From assembly GCA_015680685.1 (NCBI GenBank), contig MNCI01000614.1:594868-658867 (forward strand): DNA of 64,000 bases, given 5' to 3'. The position numbers and the translations under genes are program-made. Shown here piece after piece: positions 14,753 through 28,213 of this stretch. Numbering within the stretch: position 1 is the first letter of the stretch; every line of letters starts with the position of its first letter. Below the pieces are notes generated by a model, which was not told the DNA's origin, searched no databases, and was given only the letters and a program-made list of their open reading frames with translations. The stretch is from Gnetum montanum. Its lineage: Eukaryota; Plantae; Gnetophyta.

Positions 14753-15015
14753 TTGGCTCTAATACCACTATTTGCTTGGATCACAAATTTGCTCTCTTCC
14801 TTACACTCAAATTGCTTAACCAAGAACTAAAAAAAGATTGCATAGCATAGCATATGTATCCAAATAACATAACTTTATTGCTTCAAATAAGAAAGCTTTA
14901 TAGAAAGAACTCTTAGGAATGCTTCAAAAGGAATGCTTAGAGGGTGCTATGAGTTTCTCTTCTGATTTCTCTCTTGGGTTGCCTATAAGAGTGCACACAA
15001 TATTCTTATATAGGA
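14753..15015 (-). promoter_or_regulatory. Caulimovirid intergenic region: TATA box, polyA signal, tRNA-Met primer site
   Basis: On the minus strand: cctatataag (~15005-15014), aataaa (~14873-14878), tggtattagagccaa (14753-14767). Confidence 0.75.
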
Positions 15016-15169
15016 GAAGCTAAGGCTTCTCGATGCTTCTAAGTGGGGGATGACTCATCTAGCACTAAGTATAACAGAGAAAATACACATGTTTTTAGGT
15101 GAATCTTATAGGATATGCATTAGACACAATAATTCAGGTGAGAGGATGTACAATAATTCCTAAAAGTGG

Positions 15170-16080
15170 TAATCAATTGTCAGAAGCATAATTATGGCTT
15201 CTAGATGCTCCATTATCTTCTGAGTGATCTTCATCATTGCTTGGTGGGCCATCTAAATCATTAAGTCCCCATGAAGAAGGTGGATTTTTTATATCAAAAA
15301 TAGGTGTTCCTCATTCATAGAACCATTGAAGCATTTGGTATCCTATTCAATCATTATGTTTGGATAGGATTCTTTCTCCAAGATACTTGAGATGTAGAGT
15401 GGAAGGTGCAATATCCTGCAACCTATAGTATTCAATTATATCATGTTGGTTAGTGGTATAAACATCTCTATAAAATGCATTATCCTAGGGATTAGACTAG
15501 TTTATATGGTAACTAATACAGGCGATGAGAAAATAATAGGGATTATAGCCATAACTAAGGGCTTGCCAACCATGGGTTTGGAGTTCACCATAGTAAAAGA
15601 AGTCACCATGGTACTCATTTCATTAAGTATATAGATGGTGTGGATAGGCTGGGCCATAATATTTTAGAGTATGCCCATAATTATGCCACCATTTCCAAAA
15701 TAATTCATTTGGACCATTCCACTTATTAATTTCAATAATGAAATGGTGGAAAGGACTTGGTTTGTAAAGAGGCCAATGGAGCAAATGGCTTTCAGTGTAG
15801 CAGCTTTCACCATCATAGGTTAAAGGTAATGCAGTTAGATTAACGTTACACATTTCGACAAAATTCCTAAATACTATAGGTGGGTAAAAAGGATGATAGG
15901 TTGTTTGTTTGATGTAAGCATTATAATCTTCAAATCTACAAAACAATCTATAAGCCATGAAATTAGCTCCATGTTGGAATTTAAGAGCTTCTTCTTTCAA
16001 ATAGGGAAAATAGACTTCATTTGCATGGTAGGCTTGAATGTATAAAGAGGACCATAGTCTCTATCCTTCCCTTTGCAAAA
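15170..16080 (-). pseudogene. Caulimovirid ORF downstream of RNase H (florendovirus ORF2-like, function unknown)
   Basis: ORF 15623-16000 contains FWKWWHNYG. Coding-like sequence continues to an acidic tail (..GPPSNDEDHSEDNG..) at ~15200. Confidence 0.55.
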
Positions 16081-16149
16081 TATCTACAACATCATTAAAT
16101 AGATTAGTAACTCTAAAAGAGATTATACTCTATTGTTAGGAAATTAGCT

Positions 16150-17950
16150 AAGCTATTTTGCTATCAACTAATATATTTAGTACTAAACTCAAAGTTAGCT
16201 AAATACAAGGCCCATTTAATTAATTAAGTATGAGATACTTTATTTAGATTCTTAATACTAAGGTACTTTTCAAAAAAAATTATATCACTCCAGATGATGA
16301 AATGTTGATTTTGTAGGAATACTCTGAATTTTTCAATCCCCTTGATTATAGCAAGTAGCTCTTTATGAGTGCTATGATAATTCAATTGATTAGGGGAGAA
16401 TTTTCCAGATGCATACTTGCATATGTAAATTACTCCATTGAGGTCTTCCTTCAATGAAAATCCCCAAAATTCATGGGATGCATTAGTTTCTAAAATTAAC
16501 TTACTTGTGGATGGAAGTCTGAGTTGTAGATGATTTTGACATTATTGCTTCAATCTCCTAATAGTTGCAGTATGACTTTGAGACCATTTAGGTGAAGATT
16601 TCCCTAGGTGTTCATTTAGAATCTTTCTATCTTTTGCTAGATCTTTGTAAAATTCGAAGACATAATTTACACATCCCAAAAAATGTTCAAGTTATATTTT
16701 GTCTCGTATTTCATCATGAAAATTCTTAATTACTTCAAGGATGTGGTTTTGCAGGGTAATCATACCTTGTGTTATTTCTAATCCTAGAAAGTTTATTTTA
16801 TCTTGAGCTATTTGAATTTCCATTGGAGATAAAACTAAACCATACTTATCAATAATCTTCCAAAAGACATTTAAATGCTCAAGGTGTTCCTTAGGATTTT
16901 TACTCATAATTAGAATATCATCTATATATATGATAATAAAATGACATGCATTAAAAATTGGATCCATGTAATTTTGAAATATAGAAGGTATTTTTTTATG
17001 CCAAAAGGTAACATAGTCCATTCATACAATCACCAGGGACTGTAAAAGCTATTTTCTAGCAATATTTAAGATACACTTATATTTGCCAAAAACCAAATTT
17101 CAAATTGAACTTTGAATAGACATGTATGTGGTTTAATCATTGAAATAGATCATCCTTATTTGGAATAGGATGTTGTATTGGCTTAATCAAGTCATTAAGA
17201 GGTTTATAATTGACTACTAATCTCTTCTTTCCTCTTACCAATTCAACTCATTTGTTTACATAAAAAGTAGCACAAGAAAACATACTTGTACTTGGTTGTA
17301 TTAAACATTTTGTTAAGAGTTGTTTGATCTCAACATCACATTTTGTCTTTAAGTTGGGTGGAATCCCTATGTGTTGAGATTTTGATATGATTTTCACATA
17401 TTATTTTAATTTAATGTGGCACCAATGTTCCATCTTGTGTTTGAAACATGTTGGATCTTTACTAGCTAAATCTAATAAATCTTTTTTTATTTTTTGGAAT
17501 TGATCATCCAGTTTTTCAACTAAGTTTATGATCCATTCCATTTTCCATGTTTTTGTGATTTTTGAATTGGAAAGCTACTAACATATTTAGCTAGCAGTTA
17601 AATCTTTGTCCTGCTAAACTAATATAGTCTAAACTAATAATGTAGGGTTCTAAGTGCTACAATTTATCAGTCCCTAGAAGAAAATCATAAGAAGGTATAT
17701 CAAATTGATATATAGTAATAGAAAATTGCTTACCTTGGGCCACTGTAATTGCTATTTCTATTTTATAATCTATGAGTATTTTTTGAGTATTAAAAGAGAC
17801 ATATGTTCTTTCCCTCTTGATCCAGAAATGCCTTGGGATTGTATTCATTCTTACTAAAGAAATTTTTGCACCACTATCAACTAATATATATATAGGGTAT
17901 GGTTTTTAAGAAGGAAATTTAATTAAGAATGTATAGACTGGGACCGTAGA
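16150..17950 (-). pseudogene. Caulimovirid aspartic protease-RT-RNase H
   Basis: VDSGA; FYVNK(W)VELVRGKKRLVVNYKPLNDLI; YIDDILI; ETNAS...WGF; ELLAIIKGIEKF. Confidence 0.9.
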
Positions 17951-18601
17951 ACAAACCTATTGATTTTTATTTACCAGTTGAATAGGTAGAGCTATCTGTG
18001 TTTCTTCTTGGTACTACTATCTTTGTTCACTTTGTTCTTCTTGTTGTAGTTGTTCAATTCTTGTGTAGCCCATTGGACATATGTTTGTAGTTGTATTATC
18101 CTATGGGTGTGCAAAATAGATCTTTCCAAATTTGGGTGAGGTAGTTTTTCTTTCTTCTTTGGAGAAGATTATTCAGAAGACTGCCTAGAGTTTCTAGAAG
18201 ATCTAGATTCATTATCAATATGTTCTAAGATTCATTCTCAATATGTTCTAACTCTTTAAGTTCATCTTATGTGTCTAGAGGATGCTGAGTTTCTTGGTAA
18301 AAGAAATCTCTTTCTTCTAAATGGTCTTTCTAGAGTAGGATTTCTTTCTTTTTCTACATTTTTCATTTAATAAACATGTACTTATGTATATCATCTACTA
18401 GTGTATGTTTTAGCTTTTGTTCTAGTTCTATGACCTAAAATTTTAAATTCTTATAGACAGGGTTAAGTTCCATAGGATCCCTTTTTTGTTGTTTGTAGGA
18501 TCTATGTGATCTATGTGAGGAAGAGTCATCCTTTGTTCCATGTCCAAGTCAATGACCAGGGTATTTCTTTCCATAATTAAAATGATGATGATTCATATTA
18601 T

Positions 18602-19202
18602 TTAAAGCACAACATAAAAATTGTCTAAGTTGCCAAATGGATTAAACAAGGGTACAATTACATTCATGTAGTAGAGATCAATGTTTACATTCATTCCCAT
18701 TTCAACTACCACTTGAAACATCCATACTAGATCACTTTGATTGATTGTTGATTTAATAATTTTAAAGATGCAATCATTACTCAAGCTAAATGATGCTTAG
18801 AAGTTGACACCTTAGTCTTCATACTTCCTAACTTCACCCTTTCTCTCCATGACCCTAATCTTTTCTATAGCTTAATGACCATAGCTTAAATTATGCTAGA
18901 TATGGTACAAAATAGTGTTTATGCTACAATGCAAACTAGATTAATATTTAAAGTTTTTGAATCCACTTGTACTAAAAGTTTACTCTCGTTTAGTTAATAA
19001 TCGATATAGGTTGGATCTATCAACTTAGAGTATGGAGTAAATATTAATACTAAAGATCTATTGATAAAAAAATTATATCCAGATCTAGACAATATATAGA
19101 AAGAATTCTATGATTACTTAAGGCCTAAGAACTCTAGATTTTATAAATGCAAATATTAGGTTTAATTATAAGACCCAAAGTTTACAAAATATGATCCTTT
19201 CT
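18602..19202 (+). mobile_element. Second caulimovirid copy (movement-protein region), inverted relative to the first
   Basis: Reverse-complement homologue of ~13796-14380. Confidence 0.85.
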
Positions 19203-19528
19203 GTCAATACAAAATACAATAAAAAAATAAATATATATAATACATAAGCAAAATAGATCTCTTTGTATTTCAATTTTTTTCTTTTATAAATTAATAATTT
19301 TTTTCACATTCATCGAATTCAAATAAATTGGTTAGCTACTACGCTATGACCCTTTGCTTGTTCTATCATTTCCTGCTTTAGTAGGCCTTGTCTTTTCACC
19401 TGGATCATACACCATAAAAAGAATGAACTAGTCAGCTAAAGTTACCATAAAGACTCCAATAAAATAAATTTATGATATGCCAAAGGGTAATTGACCCGAG
19501 ATGGCCCCGCATCTATTTCAGGACGTAT

Positions 19529-22500
19529 CTAATTAAGACCTACCACCAAGCATCGTAAAATCTCCTCTTCCGTGATGTCAACCCAATTCTTGTTGCCCAA
19601 ATCAGCACTTGCAGAAACTTTCTCCTTCTCCATGGATGTCCATCTTGGGGGTCTAGGAGAAAAGGTGGTGGTGGTGGTCTCACCCATAGGAAAGGTCACT
19701 TCCCTTTTGGGGGACTCACTCACTATCACCTATTTCATGAACTTATCGTAAGCCCTAGAAGCACCAATAATATCAAGGAACATCTCATGAGTATGTAACT
19801 TGACTGAGGCATCCCTGTATTGGTTACGATAGGTGGCATATTCTAGCTTATACATATGCTTATGGTTTTTCTGTGCATGCCCCCATTCGTAAACCTTGGG
19901 GCTGTAATCTTTCCAGTCTTGATTCTTCTGGGCTAATATGTCCATTTGCATGTGTTTCTCTATTATCTCATGGGTGGCCTCATTGTTGCATCGCACAACC
20001 ATCCAGTACCTCATGTAGTCAATGACGACTATGCATCAATTACCATCATTGGTGTCCTGGGCCAACAAGAATTTATTCCTGGAATGGAGATCTCCCACCT
20101 TAGCGGTTAGGTTGGCCTTCTCCTTCTCAAGCATCTGGACTCATTTCCAAATGTGTTCATTCACACACTAGCATTCCTACAAGGAGTGTGCCAAGTATAA
20201 GGCACATTGGCTTGCCTCATCGTATACGCGATGAGGTACTTCAGTTACCTCTAGTGGAAATGTAGGCATAGCGTCGACGTTAACCACCCGCTTAGGGTCC
20301 CACTTGAGATGAGAAGCTGCCAACCAAAAAAAGAGAAATGCATTAGTAATAGAGGCATAGTGAATACAATGACAATGTAGAGTCTATCATAGCATATTAG
20401 CTTACCCACTTCTGAGTCAACCTACCTTACACGGTCGATCATGTCATTGACTACCCTTTCCATAAAAGTAAATTTGTCAAGGGTTTCAGTCCATGGTTGT
20501 AAGCGGATTGAGGACGGGCTGGGGGTATCAATAGTGGTATAAGCTGCACAGTAAAATGTGTTAGTTAGAATGGAGAGAACCATAATAAGGCTGATGAATA
20601 GCATAAATGATAGTATAAAGTTCCTACCCAGCAAACCCTCAGGGGTGATAGCAGGGGGGGGGGGGTCACCCATCAGCACATTGTCAAATATATGGTCAAA
20701 CTCACCAGCATCCAAATGGAGCCCCTCTCCTTCTAGTTGACCTAGTAATGTAGTAGCATCCTCGATGCTCATGTGCCCCTCTAGCACTAAGCTGATCTTT
20801 GCGAAAGGGTTGTCAGCAGGGGCCTTGTCCTGGTTTCCAAGAGCCTCTTCATCATCGCTTGGGCCTCTTTTTTCATCAATAGGGACCTCCTCCTTATCCT
20901 CTTCATTGGAAAAGACCTCCTCCTCACCAGCTGAGGCCATTTCTTTTATAGTAGGGGCCTCTTCTTCTTCGGTAGAGGCCTTCTCCTTTGTAGCCGGAGC
21001 CTCCTCGTTTTCGCCAATCGCCCTTGTTGTAGGGTCCACCACCTCTTCTCCCTCTTCTTCTTCTTCTTCTTCCTCCATTGAGAAAGCATAATTGCAGTAA
21101 GTAAACTAGACAAACCTAAAGCAGATGCTACACTATGCTACGCTATCTAGAATAACACAGTGTAGCAAGTGTTACCTAAATAAAAAATAAAAACAAAATA
21201 AACAAAAATAGGAGAGAATACTTACCAATTGGAGGCTGCACTCTACAAAGCTTGAATTGTAGCTTCTTCCCCCTCTCTTTGCTAGTACAAGGGATCTCGT
21301 TGGCAGTGCAGGACCTCTTGCATTGTAGCTTTGTTATCATCATCTCTACAATGAGGTGTTCCCCCCTTATCACACTGCTGGTGGTAGTGCGGGGTGCCTC
21401 TCGCATGCTGTTCTTGGTTCAAAAGTTGTGTGCCACCCAGTCCCTGGTCATCATTGAGAATGACTTCCCGTAGCTTCTGGGGGATCCTAAGATCGAGTGG
21501 GATGGAAGACTTGGAAGATCCATGGTTTGGAGATCTACCTACGATCTCGCAATACCTAGACCCCATTCTCGCGGATTACCAAGAATTCCATAAAACACCA
21601 TAGGCAGGCTATGAAAAAGGCATGGTGCACATAGAAATGGAATTCAAGCTTCCTATGAAGCTTGACCATCTTAACCTGCATGCCTCTACAAAGATGCTTG
21701 GCCCAATTGTAATGGGTTCCTTCTTCCATGACTTCCCTCATTATCCGAGCCTGCTCAATCCCAATGATTTTTCCTTGGGAAAATAGCTTGGATATTTTTT
21801 GGATTTTTCTCCCACAGGGAGACCATCAGTAGGGATGCTAAAAAGATCCATGAAAAATTGATCATTGACATCAAGTACCACACGCACACCATGAACATGT
21901 GTGCAGAAGCAGTCTGCCTTTTCGGAGAAGGAGTCGGCTAGGGAAAGCATCTCAGCAGGTGGGAAACTCAGGTTAACTGCCAAAAATAAGTCCATAAGCC
22001 TAGCCTCCTGAAGGTTATGGACTAGTGTGGTTGGGGTCCCATTGCAGAGAAAGCACTAGGTCTCCTCCACCTCCTCGTACTTAAAGAAGAGGTTGGTCTC
22101 GTTGTGCCCGGAGGCAATCACAGTCACTTCCTGGGCTTTCTTCACTACTAAAAAAATTTGCAAAAAAAAAATGTAAAACAAAAAAAGAAAGAGGGTTAGA
22201 AAATTATAAACATTACTCAGAAATTTAGTAATGAATGCACACTTTAGCGTACTAGGTTTGAATGGCGTGGCAAATGGTGGGAGATCCACCAAAACGTCTT
22301 TGACGGTGAGCGGCCTAAGGGATGCCCATTTCCTATCCAACCAACTGACTTCCTTACATTTCCCATAAAACTAGGAATACTGAGTTGGATAGGTTTTGAA
22401 CTCACCCCCGAATTGGCATATCATGCCAGCGCACACATTCCTAGTGGAGGAAAACTCCTATAGGGTCATCTATGCCAATGCCAAGGCGTCTGTGTCACTA

Positions 22501-23995
22501 TGAAGACTACTTCTGTCAATAGAAAACCTGGTAACACAAAAAATGAACACATATACTATTAACACCTGTGTCTAGTGTAGCATGGATTACACAAAAAAAT
22601 GCCTTCATAGAACTCACCCACCGGCATAGTAAACGGTTCCAGGTGGGTTCTGGAAGCAAGTGCCCATGTGGCGAGTGACAAACAACATGTTGTATAGGTG
22701 GTAGCACTTATACTCAGGCATTTTCCAGATCCAAATTAGGCATATTAGGCTTTTTGGAGGCTAGTTGGAACCTTCTGCTTGCTCACCCCTAGTTGACCCA
22801 TTAGTCAAAAATTTTAGAATACCCTGGTTTGCCCCCGGAAATAGGGTTTCTGTGATTGTGGCTACTGTCTCCGTTGATAAGTGTGACCAAACAATCATAC
22901 TAAAGTACTAGAGGAGGAACTGTAGGAAGTCTCGGGTGCCTTCCTGGAACTAGACCACCTATCACTCCACACATGCATGGGGAGGAGGGACATTGGCCAC
23001 CGATTCACTTAGGTAGCACAAGACTCCTACGATTTCCAAAATAATCAAAATGGGTTTCAACATAACCTTGCACCAACGAAGAACCAAACATTAGCACTAT
23101 GTACAAGCAAAGTTTACATGTAGCATAGCACAACCCTTTCATTACATATAGCATAGCATGGAATTTTCATTGCATATAGCATAGCAAGATTTTACAGTCA
23201 CAAAAAAAATGCAAAGAAACAACAACAAAGAAAGCTTTGTAGTGTAGCATGGTCATCAAACCGCACACAATGCAACAATGCTTAGATGACATGTGATGTA
23301 GTAAATAAATAGGAATAAGCAAGCATGCAACAACAATGTAATTAGAGCATTACTACAATAAGCATAGCAATATGGTAAGCTTAACAAATTCAACAATGCA
23401 GTGGTATTGCAGTCTTAAAAGCATGAAAATATGACAAACCTACTAAACCTTGCAATGTATTGGCATACCACAGTAAAAGCATTACAAATGTAGAAAAGTA
23501 AGAGTTCACTGAGCCATAGCCATCCCAACCATAATTTAGCTGTATAAAATAACTCACGTTGTACTGTGCTAAACACCTATTTCGTCTGTCAAATCATGCA
23601 GAAAGCCAAAACCCTCTCAAATGCAGCGCACTACGCTAGCCATACTCTAAGTGGGCTAGGCTCACCCAAACCCCTATGACAAGGAAATCACAGCAACGGT
23701 AGCCAAGGTGATGCTGCATGCAGCCGTAGCATAGCATCTGTACAACCACTGTGGCCAACCAATGATAGCGGCAGTGAAATGGCCAAAAATGGTGACCAAA
23801 ATGAGTGGAAAAAGATGTAGATTTCAACAATAACAATTACAAAAATCTAAACAACAAAGACAACGTAATAACTTACCAAGTGGATAGAGTCTCCTACCAC
23901 ACTACAACATGTGCCTAAGTTAGGCTCCCCAAAGTGTCCTTGACTTCATCCACTTTAGCGAGCCCTCGGTGCTTATGTTCACCTTTGGGTGCCAT
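19529..23995 (-). pseudogene. Antisense multi-exon accessory gene with a PMD (plant mobile domain)-like region, acidic linker and coiled-coil-like C-terminus, copy 1
   Basis: ATG at 23995 (MAPKGEHKHRG). Minus-strand splice donors at ~23876 (GTAAGT), ~22617 (GTGAGT), ~21225 and ~20406. Motifs VNDQFFMDLFSIPTDGLPV and HYNWAKHL. E-rich exon at ~20640-21085. Confidence 0.7.
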
Positions 23996-24127
23996 CGCTT
24001 CACTCACAGATTTTGTTGGCCACTATGCTACGCTATTTCACTTTCTCTCGGCATGATCGAACTACGCTCTGGATGTGGGCTCTGTGCTCTGAAAGTGAAA
24101 ACAAAAAATTTACCAGTGATAAACCCC

Positions 24128-24135
24128 TATTTATA
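24128..24135 (-). promoter_or_regulatory. TATA box of the antisense gene, copy 1
   Basis: TATAAATA on the minus strand ~130 bp upstream of the ATG; conserved at 42058-42065. Confidence 0.7.
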
Positions 24136-24280
24136 GCCAATGCAGTGAAACGAATTTTCCATTTTAGCACCCTGAGTAATGTGGGATGCCCTGTCTAGCA
24201 TAGCGTTGGCATGTCGCAAACTTGCGATAGCGTAGCATTCCTATCTGGAAATAAATGGGCCCAACTGAAAATTTTTCCTC

Positions 24281-24597
24281 ACCTTAAATTAGAAACCTAC
24301 CCACACGAAGCTTTCACTCCATAGTTTGTAAATACCTTAAACTAGTGACATTTTATGAAGCCTACCTATTAACGGTCCACAAAGACCTTAAACTAGCAGC
24401 TTTACCTAAAAACCACATCACGATCTGCGAAGACCTTAAACTAGTAACTTCACTTAAGAACTTGTTAATGGTTTACAAAGACCTTAAACTGATAACTCTA
24501 CCTTTATGAGCTATTAATGGTCCACCATGATCTTAAACTGGTAAAGTTAATTACATGTTCGAACCTACTCGTAGTCCACCAAGACCTTAAACTGGTA
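24281..24597 (+). repeat. Hairpin-motif array A, copy 1: GGTC-N6-GACC-TTAAACTRG with ~25-30 nt variable spacers, 6-7 units
   Basis: Read directly, e.g. ggtc cacaaa gacc ttaaactag at 24374. Confidence 0.9.
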
Positions 24598-24723
24598 ACC
24601 TGCCAACTTGGCCAAATGTTTGATAATCATCACATGTTTCATTATTGCTTTGCTAATGTTTATTTTTATATGCTATAGATACATACTGGTATCACTTGAC
24701 TGGGCTTCTTCTTATTGTGGTAG

Positions 24724-27700
24724 GTTGGACAAGATGGCCATGTAGTGTGATCTACACTTGCCTTTAACCTTAACAGGTCCTCATGGAAAACTTGCAAGAT
24801 ATCTGAACCTAGAGTTGGTAGACTGAAATTCATCTACTAATGACATTGTAGCATCCCTGGAAACATCCCTAGATTGGTCTAAACATTTGATCCAAGCCTT
24901 AGACCTAGAGGTTAGGGATGTGACTGAGGACCCTCTCATCAAAGTGCCAGTAACGACATCCGGGGGGAAATAAAGACACTAAAACTAAGTTCCCTCCTAG
25001 ATCAACAAATACAAAGAGATATGTCTAGAGTCCTTCAAGACACCACCAGAGTATTTGCATGGTCTTACAATGACATGTCGGGTTTAGACCCATGGCTAAT
25101 ACAACATAACATTGTATTGGACCTATGTGTCAAACCTGTTAAATAATAGGCTCTCAAGATTAAACTAGAAATTGCACTAGCCATACGTGATGAAATCACA
25201 AAGTTATACCAAGCAAGTTTCATTTGCATAGTCAACTACTCAGAATGGGTGTCAAACATCATTGTAGTCTCTAAGAAAATAGAAGGGATATGAATTTGTA
25301 TAGACTTCCAGGATTTGAACAAGGCAACGATTAAAGACGACTTGCCACTACCAAGTATCAACCAGCTTATTGACACTACAACTAGTCATTCTTTACTATC
25401 CTTCATGGATGGGTTATCCAGTTATAATCAAATTTACATAAATCCAAAGCATTAGTTGACAACCACTTTCATGACCCCTTGGGGTACCTTTTGTTACACC
25501 ATGATGGTCTTTGGTCTAAAGAATGCCGGAGCAACTTATCAACGAGCCATGGCCTACATCTTTAGCGACTACCTTCTAGAGAGGTTAAACGATTATGTGG
25601 ATCACATAGCAGTCAAATCTAAGATGGCTATTAATCATCCCACTGTTCTAGATGTAGTCTTGACACGTTGTCATAGGCATCGCTTGCGACTTAGCCCAAA
25701 GAAGTGTGTTTTCGACGTGAAAATAGGATGCATGTTAAGGTTTGTAGTATCAGAGGGTGGAATACGAGTGGACCTTAATAAAGCTAAGGTCATCATTAAC
25801 CTAGCACCTCCTACTAACCTTAAAGAATTTCACAGGTTGCAAGGTAGAGTACAGTTCATCAAAAGGTTTATAGTAAGGTTGATTGACAAGTTACACCTCA
25901 TGCAACACTTATTAAAGAAGGGGGTTAACTTTGAATGAACAACATAGTGCCAACAATCCTTTGATGACATGAAGAAAGAGCTTTTATACCTCCTGACTGT
26001 GTACCCACCACATAGGGATAAGCCTTTCTACATCTACCTTGCAACCTTGGACACATTTATCGCAGTGTTGTTATGCCAAAAAAGAGAAGATGACTCTAAG
26101 ATCCCAGTATATTATTTGAGCCACACATTAATAGCATATGAAGCTAAATATAATGAAGTGGAAAGGAATTACCTCGCTTTAGTGTTCACACTAAAAAAGT
26201 GGAAACACTACCTATTTTGCAACCAAGTGAACATCATATGCAAAAGAAACATACTTCGGGATATCATGAACAATTTGTATGAAAGTAGCAGGATAGCTCA
26301 ATGGAAAGCAATAATAACAAAATTCAATTTACACTATGTGGCCAAATCATGAACGAAAGGACAAGCAATATCTACTTAGCTTGCAACCTCACCTGTTGAT
26401 GATCAGGCGATCATAGAACCTGAATTCCTTGATGAACATGTTAGCTGCGTCAACCTTGTACCATTACATTTTAAGGCCACCTTGCATTTTGATAGTGCCT
26501 CTACCACATGAGGTGGTAGTGTTGCCACTGTCATTACATTCCCCTTAGGGGACATGCAATTTTTCACTTACCACTTCACATTCCTTTGTACGAACAATGT
26601 AGCCGAGTACGAAGGACTCCTCAAGGGCCTCTTAGCAGCCCAGTAATTGAAAAGTCAACATTTGGTAGTTCGAGGTGACTCACAACTTATTGTCAATCAA
26701 ATCACTGAGGTCTACGCGTGTAAAGCTTTGCATTGACAACCTTATTATGATTTGGCCAAAAACTTATTATAACAGTTCACCACAACAAACATCTAGCATG
26801 TGCCATGCTGTGAGAACACCATAGCCAATGCCTTAGCTACACTACCATTAAATGTGCCACCATACCTATTTGCAATCCTACTTGCTTCAATAACAGAGTG
26901 CATAGACCTTATCACCCAAGCAGTAAACGTGGCTTCTATAAGCGCTACCAGCACCCAAGAGTGATAGGCTAACATGAAAGCCTACCTGCAACATGGTGAA
27001 CCCCCACATGGCTTGACATCCACCCAAAGGGATGTAATCTGAAAGTGGGCATGGCAGTATGTCCTCGTAGGAAATGATACCTTGTGTAAACGCTCCTTTG
27101 ATGGGATATTGTTAACTTGCATTGGTGGGGAGGAGGCACAAAAAATTGTTAGCAAAGTCCATGAAGGACTATGTGGAGGACACATAGCTCTTAGGGCCAT
27201 GGCAACTAAGATTAGATGCCTAGGGTATTATTGGCCTTGCATGGAATGCAATTTTTTTGCTAAAGTCAAGACGTGTGACATGTGCCAATGTCATGCAAAT
27301 CTTATACGCATGTCACCTACTAAGTTGCACCCTACGCAGATCACGTGGCCATTCCAATGATGGGGACTAGATATCATAGGACCCATCACACCTAAGTCTT
27401 CTGCAAGACATAGCTTCATGATTATTGCCACTGAGTACTTTATGAAGTGGGCAGAGCCTATACCCCTAAGGAAAACTACATCCCAATAGGTTTTCCACTT
27501 CATCTTGGATAACATCGTAACAAGGATTGGTCTTCCCATGACTATTGTGATAGAAAATGGGCCATAATTTAGTAGTGCGGAAACCAAAACCTTTTGTAGC
27601 AACCTTAGCATTAGGCAATCTTTCTTGTCACCATATTACCCGCAGGCTAACGGTCAGGCAGAAGCAAAAAACAACGCCATCATCAACTTGCTTAAAAGAA

Positions 27701-28193
27701 TGCTTAGCAAGCAATGGCATGAGCAAATCCTCTATGTACTTTGGGCCAACCATACGACATGTAGAACGGCCACAAGTAAGATCCCCTACAGCCTATTCTA
27801 CGAATCTAAAGTAGTGTTACCCCTTGAGTTGTAGGTAGTATCACTGCAGATGATCCTTTCAAGAATCATAAATAAATCCTAGAATAATGATTCAAAGATC
27901 ATTAATCTTGACTCCCTAGAGGAAGAGCATGCATAAACACTGGGTCACATCGAATGGTATCAGGACAAGCAACAGCAAAAGCATCATGCAGACCTATATT
28001 CAAGGCCAATTAAAAAGGGGGACCTAGTCCTCAAAGATGTGCATGAACATGTGAAAAAGTTTTTGGCAAACTGGGAAGGTCCATTCATAGTCACAAAAGC
28101 CTACGAGAATGGAGCCTTCAAGCTGGCAGACATGCACAGTAGAGAGTTTTAAAATCTAGTGAGCCTCCCATACTTAAGCAGTATTTCATCTAA
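24724..28193 (+). pseudogene. pol: Tat pol: RT, RNase H, archaeal-type RNase H (aRH) and integrase, copy 1
   Basis: SFMDGLSSYNQI; FGLKNAGATYQRAM; YVDH (YVDD in copy 2); RH YLATLD..PVYYLSH; aRH LHFDSAS..CTNNVAEYEGLL..RGDSQL (~26480-26830); INT HEGLCGGH, SPYYPQANGQAEA, NWEGPF. Confidence 0.95.
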
Positions 28194-28213
28194 TGCAAAA
28201 GCAAGGTAAGCAC

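Larger units (their letters stand above)
12150..18600 (-). mobile_element. Endogenous caulimovirid (pararetrovirus), circularly permuted, florendovirus-like organisation
   Basis: Minus-strand order: coat-protein C-terminal region, protease ILVDSGA (~17870), RT IYIDDILIMS (~16920), RNase H YASGKF..NYHSTHKELLAIIKGIEKF (16224-16454), a further ORF, intergenic region with TATA/polyA/Met-PBS, movement protein, then coat-protein N-terminal region. No integrase and no LTR. Confidence 0.9.

Noticed and set aside
20422-21078. 218-aa acidic ORF as a host gene
   Set aside because: It is an exon plus intron read-through of the element's antisense gene, and part of it recurs in copy 2.
24281-24597. True CRISPR array
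   Set aside because: The context is a eukaryotic retrotransposon with no cas genes, the repeats are degenerate, and the spacers share weak similarity (cctattaat). Reported as a hairpin-motif array instead.
26480-26830. Second RNase H as a novelty
   Set aside because: An archaeal-type aRH between RH and INT is an established feature of Tat lineages.
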